Made by a program: the position numbers and the translations under genes | The notes under the pieces: model-generated | The model's database searches: none | Told to the model about the DNA's origin: nothing | Seen by the model: the letters and a program-made list of their open reading frames with translations, nothing else | Source of the DNA: Chara braunii | Taxonomy: Eukaryota > Plantae > Charophyceae | DNA: 64,000 bases | Assembly: GCA_003427395.1 (NCBI GenBank) | Contig: BFEA01000024.1 | Coordinates: 4,723,377 to 4,787,376, forward strand | Direction: 5' to 3' | Shown: positions 58,556 to 64,000 of the stretch, piece by piece | Numbering within the stretch: the first letter of the stretch is position 1 | Layout of the letters: each line of letters begins with the position of its first letter

Positions 58556-58994
58556 TAGGTGTGGATGTAATTGCAGTCAGGTGCATTGAGGAAATACATT
58601 TAGGAAAGTGCTAGTGTGAGTATGCCCTCCAGAGAGCCGAGAGAAGAGGTCCAAAGAGCAGTAGGATACAACAGCAGGTGGTAAAAGAACCTATGCCGAA
58701 GCTTCCATGCCAGTTAATGCTTTTGTGTGCATTGCCATTGATTCGCTAGCTTCCATGCGTTCATTGACTGGCCTAATTACTGTATAATTACCGATTCTTC
58801 ACCTACTTGTTCTCCTCCGCCTTCAGCCTCATGATAACCACTTCTTCTATAGTGCTCCTCCCCTCAGCCATTCTCCATCATTGCCAACAAAGACGAGTTC
58901 TTGTAGCTCGTATGACTGCGGTTGTCCAATTCGATCAGCGCCAGAAATTTAAACTGGCTGATCATTATTCCGCAAGGATGCCCTCGAGCCGGTG

Positions 58995-59480
58995 CAGGAG
59001 GCCGATCAAGATATCTTCACCTCCTCGGAGACGCCGCGGCGGCCGAGCCGACAGCCATGCGCTGCGGCAGTACACCAAGCACGACTACAGGTTAGGTGTG
59101 GTCCCCATCAGGTAGTGGTCCCCATCAATCTCGTCTTCACTCAGAGAGGCCAGTGAAGGTATCTTCAGATCCTCGGAGAAGGCTTCGCGGCCGAGATGAG
59201 ATCCATGCACTGCCTTAGAACATCACCGTGAAGTGCGACTGCAAGTTACCCCACCACCCTTATCTTCACGCACAGAGGCCGGTGAAAGTATTTTCACCTT
59301 TCGGAAACGGCGTCTCAGCCGAGCTGAGAGGCATGCACGGGTGAAAGTCAGCCACGCGCGACTGCAGATTTCATCTTCAATCATAGAGGCTGGTCAAGAT
59401 ATGTTCATCTCCTCGGGGGGACAGCGTCGCCGAGCTAAGAGGCATGCGCTGCGGGAGTACGCCACGCGCGACTGCAGATT
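58995..59480. repeat. Four diverged ~110-150-bp tandem units
   Basis: Recurring GAGGC.(G/A)GT.AA..TAT.TTCA....TCGG...GCCGAG..GA...CATGC...CGACT(G/A)CA. Confidence 0.8.
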
Positions 59481-59899
59481 TAGTGGTGATCCCCACCACT
59501 CCCATTCTCAATCACAGATACGGGGGCTGTCGACGTGGGCTGTAATCACCATGGGTGAGACGGTCCCGGACAATTCCCGGACAAAAGTATTATCAGTCTT
59601 CCCCCCGGTAGTGTTACGGTCATTATAGCTGACTTTGGGGCAACTTTCAGTCTAGGTACAGCGATAATGACCCCCGTTCTATTCGGGTGAAGACAGTAGG
59701 GGTTGACGCCAATGACATGTAGCGCACAAGCGCCCACGCTGGAGCTTTCTGCCCTTCGTCGGGCTGCACGGAGTCCGCAAGAGTGCAACGCGCGAAAGAG
59801 GAGCACCACTCTCATAATGTCTAACAAGCCGTTCTGAATTAACTGAATGCCATGTAAAATGCCGACAACCCATGGCTACATACATCTATTTTGCTTCGA

Positions 59900-60105
59900 T
59901 GATTTAACAAGAATGTGCGCAGTTCAGTGACTATTACTGTATTAACACCCAAAAAACGAACCTTATTCCCACCAAGTGCTCGACTTCCGCTTTTCATATT
60001 TTCTCCATGTTTCGTCGTCCTCCTCCTCAATGGTTTAACAAGAATGTGCGCAGTTCAGTGACCATTACTGTATCAACACCCCCAAAACGAACCTTGGTCC
60101 CACCC
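59900..60105. repeat. ~72-bp direct duplication
   Basis: TTTAACAAGAATGTGCGCAGTTCAGTGAC...CCCACC occurs twice. Confidence 0.9.
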
Positions 60106-60790
60106 CCAATCAGGTGCTCTTTCCTCCATGTGTCCTCCTCCTCCTCCTCCTCCTTTTACTCATAATCCTATCTTCTCTTTCTTCATCGTCAAAATCTTTC
60201 TCCTCTCCCTACTCCATCTCCTTTTCTTTTCCTCTGCTTTTCCTTTCCTTGTCCTCCTTTGTTGGACAAAGATTGAAACTTCTTCTCCTATTCCTCCTCT
60301 TCATCATCATTATCATCTATTCTGCTACTTTTCTGGACAAGGAATGCAACCAACCAATCTATCCATCATCATGGTTCATGAAAACCTCTCTCTGATAAAT
60401 AAACATATCGTAACTTCGTTAGTCATCACCCCACCATCAAGCCATGAATCACTCTCTCGTTATCAACATGCAGACCGGCAGAAACTCAAGGAAAGGGAGG
60501 AGATATGCCGCCGCCTGCGTCTATGGCATTCCCAACAGCTAGAGATAGCCTGACATCCAGCACGACTTCCCGGTCGCCAATTGCATAAACCAAACTGCTC
60601 TACCACCCTCCCAGGCCGCATGACCCCTTCCCTCTACTGCGAAACGAGGGAAATGACTAGGTTAACTGCAATACTCGCTGCGTCCTGTCCTTGTACGTGC
60701 ACAGAACATCGCTGCCGTAATTGCTGTCATGATCGTGCGCAATTGGATATACTGCTGATGGTTGGTCAATCCCTATTTCTCCCGGAGAAG

Positions 60791-60910
60791 TCAGAGATCA
60801 TATCAGCGTGAGATATTGAATCAAAACGTAGCAAATTAGATGCATTGCTCTCAGATATCATATCAGCGTGAGTTATTCAATCAGAAAGATGACAAATTAG
60901 ATGCAGTGCT
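60791..60910. repeat. 60-bp tandem duplication
   Basis: TCAGA.ATCATATCAGCGTGAG.TATT.AATCA...CAAATTAGATGCA.TGCT occurs twice. Confidence 0.9.
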
Positions 60911-61416
60911 AATTGTTTGGCCATGACGACGACGACGAAGGCTCACTCTAGATATTTTCGACAAGGGTAGCGGAAGTCGTACGCCGCAGAGGCATACGCT
61001 TACTCAACAAAATACATATCATCGCGAAACTCACCCTATCCTCATTCTGATAGCGGTCATACGCTCCCGTTCGCCGTTAACGCTTCCTCCTATACTTCCT
61101 GTTGCCGCAATTGCCATCACTGTCTGGCTTCACTTTCCCACTCGCCCGCGCTTCATCAGAAGACTCTCGTCCTCCGCCATATCCTCTTCTCCTCCTCAAT
61201 CATGCAGCTCTAGTAGTCATCTAGAGCACCGCTCTAAAAATGGCATGGCCACGTCCACAACAGTACCCATTATTCGTGTCTCCATACTTGTCCTTTTTCT
61301 TGACATCACTGTGCACATTAGTATAAATTATCATTGGTGGTTACCGTGGAACCGGAAGCACATTCCTCCTCTTCTTACTTCTTGAGGCTCTTCTTCCAAC
61401 TCCGCGAGACAACAGG

Positions 61417-61518
61417 TCTTCTTCTCCTTCTTCTTCGTCTTCTTCTTCTTCTTCTTCTTCTTCTTCTTCTTCTACTTCTTCTTCTTCTTCTTCTTCTTCT
61501 CCTCCTCCTCCTCCTCCT
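61417..61518. repeat. (CTT)n(CCT)n microsatellite
   Basis: Direct read. Confidence 0.95.
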
Positions 61519-63403
61519 GCACCCCTTTTTCATCGAAGTCTCCATCATCTTCCTCTTCTCTATTGCTCTTTTCTCCCTGCTCTGCATCGTCTTCGTCATT
61601 ATCATTCATGAGTATCATCATACACGCTTGGCATTTGCTGCAGTGATTCAATGTCAGTCATCAAGGAACAGCCGCGCATCTCACCGCTGCACCCCCGCTT
61701 TGCCTGTTTCTGAACTTCTTCGCTTTTTCGCTCGTCAAGATGCTAACGACTTATTTTCGGAACCTCGCAATACACACTCTCGTCGCAGGCTTCGGTTGAA
61801 GAGGAGGCCATCGCAGCACAGAGAGACTTGCGACATACAGAAATCGCCTCTTTTTGGGCGGCGAAGAAAACCACGACAATGTTCAAGAAATTGAGATGAA
61901 CGGGAACGTGTGAGGAACGAGGGAGATAGAGGGTTGGCGGTGGGGATCGGGGATCGGGCGGCTGGGAGGAGTGGGGGATGAGGGAAGTCTCGTTTGAGCG
62001 CGCTACAGGGGGGGTCGAAGGCGTGAGGGGGAGAAGAACGCAGACGACGGGAGCGTATGAGTGAAAGAACAGACAGAGACGTCGAAGTCGGTCGGGCTCT
62101 GTCACAGGGGGAGGTCCATGCAGGCAGAGAGTGGAAATGGTTGAAAGAAACAAGAAATAAGGAGGCCACGAATGCGACGCCAGAAAGGAGTTCAGCAGAA
62201 CAGAAGAAAGAGCAGAGAAGGACAGAGAAGACGAAGAGACCAAGAAAACAAAATGCCTCGACGACCAAGAGAAGAGGGGGGGTCAGGGAAGACCAAGAAT
62301 CATTTCCTTTCCATTCCATGTACTCAGAGAACGGGCGTTCGTAACATGCTGTAAAATGGCAGTCGACTTACCGATTGTCACAGTCAATGCCGTCTTCCTT
62401 CCACTTCTGACGTTCTTGCTGCCCCTTCTCTCCTCCCACCTTTTATCCCCCTAGCTCCTGCTACTTCTGGTCCTCCTCGTTTGCTCTTCTTTCACACCCA
62501 CTCATCTCCTCCTCCTGTCAACCTCCAAGAACAGCCAGCCGTCGGGCCTCACTCATATCGCGCCTTCCGTTTCGCGTCGTGATGCATCCCCGCCGGGACG
62601 CGTCCAGTGGGATCGCGTCGCATCGTCTCAGATCATGGCCTGCTAACCCCAGTTGCCCCGCCGGCGTAGATGGCCCACAAACTCCGGAAATGGTCGCGTT
62701 TGTTGAGGACAGGGTCGCGGACGAGGAAGACCACAATCGGCGTCGTCTATCAATGGGCAAAACAACAGCGGAAAACAACCGTTTCTTTTGGCAGTTTCTG
62801 TCAGGTTTGAAGCAAAACCCCGCGCTCAGCACGCGCATGCGGAGTGGTCGAATTTCCGGTTAAGTGCATGGCGAAAAATGCGGGTCGGCTACCTGTAGCC
62901 GTAATTGCGGCGTAGCGGCTCGTTTCTCATGTCTTTAAATTTTTTTCTTTCTCCTTCTTTTCACTCAATTTTCAGGTCCGTTAGCCGCTGGTCCTGGGAC
63001 TGCTACGTGGGCTGGCTGGTTCGCGTTAGCGCGCGGCCTTTTATCATCGACTCCGTCCCTTTCCGTGGTTTCGTGGTGCGTCTTTTCAGTCAGAACAAGG
63101 GGGTAAAAGTCTCAGGGGTACCTGCTCATCAGACAATCCAAACTTATTGACTTACCGTGAGGGCACGGGTGCGCAGCCCGTAGTTCGTTTGTTTATGTGG
63201 TTCGGAAAGGGTAAGGTATTGATTATGCTGTATGTATGTTTTGTCATGTTAGCTATACACAACTCGAAGAGTGTGTGTGTGGGGTGCCGGTTGGTGCTTT
63301 ATTCACTATGTTCATGGGACGCTGGACCTAGTTTCCGGCAGGTGGCGCTCCCCATCAATGGACAGGAGAATATATATGCGTGTGTATGTGAGTGTGTGTA
63401 TCA

Positions 63404-63407
<4 letters not shown>

Positions 63408-63489
<82 letters not shown>
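63408..63489. repeat. Compound (GT)n(GA)n microsatellite
   Basis: Direct read. Confidence 0.97.
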
Positions 63490-63494
<5 letters not shown>

Positions 63495-64000
63495 AGCATG
63501 CAACATGTCAGTGGCGGGGAGCAAGAGGGCAGGCACTGACCTCCAACAAAAAGAAGAAGTAATTTTATCGGAATACAAGAGTTTTTTCTTTTCGAAATCC
63601 GAATAGAAAGGGTAAAGGTTGTATTCGAATACAACCTGTACATTTNCTATTCGAGGAAACTGTGGTATTCGAGAAAAGTGCACCCGCACCGTTTCAATTT
63701 TGAAAAAGGCTAAAGACCTCAGCCTCCTCAGCCTCCTCCGCTCAGCTACCGGTCCTACGCGGTCCTGACCCTTGCAAGGCCCCAAAAACTCAAAATGCCC
63801 ACCCTCCCGACGACCACCGACGTTGAAATTTTGATTGACGTTGAAATGTCTCGGGGGGGAAAACGCAACCCTGACGGGCTACGAACAAGGGGATAGCTGA
63901 ACTTAAACCACCAGTACCTCGCTCAGCTATCGGCCGTGGGCCTTCCCGTATACGCGCTGCAGCCTTAGGGGGGTCGGCCAAGGGAAGGCCCGGTCGTAGC

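Noticed and set aside
61334-62863. Protein-coding calls for the poly-L/poly-R ORFs and neighbours
   Set aside because: Driven by microsatellites and low complexity; no supportable product.

Overview
Repeat-dense eukaryotic nuclear DNA. The retroelement style, microsatellites and long low-complexity ORF resemble a streptophyte alga such as Chara; this is inference and was not verified. 1-20.3 kb holds three Ty3/Gypsy LTR retrotransposons: the 5' end of one on the minus strand, a complete but decayed minus-strand copy at 2665-10388 with a 4-bp TSD, and a decayed plus-strand copy at 12257-20328. Two MITE-like inserts lie in this stretch. 20.5-30.3 kb holds one probable host gene on the minus strand, a 2361-codon low-complexity exon whose stop codon sits inside a perfect splice donor. 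32.5-37.5 kb is MITE and short-repeat sequence. 37.6-50.6 kb is an unexplained island containing TA-embedded modules with a hammerhead ribozyme core, ~180-bp inverted repeats, dense GC hairpin blocks, decayed intronless orphan ORFs, an array of seven hairpins with a conserved loop and covarying stems separated by unique spacers (46769-47286, the most striking feature), spliced gene fragments and two oppositely oriented, diverged 28S rRNA fragments. 51-58.6 kb holds a gag-protease retroelement relic and a Gypsy 3' end with its LTR. 58.6-64 kb is degenerate repeats and microsatellites. No database searches were run.
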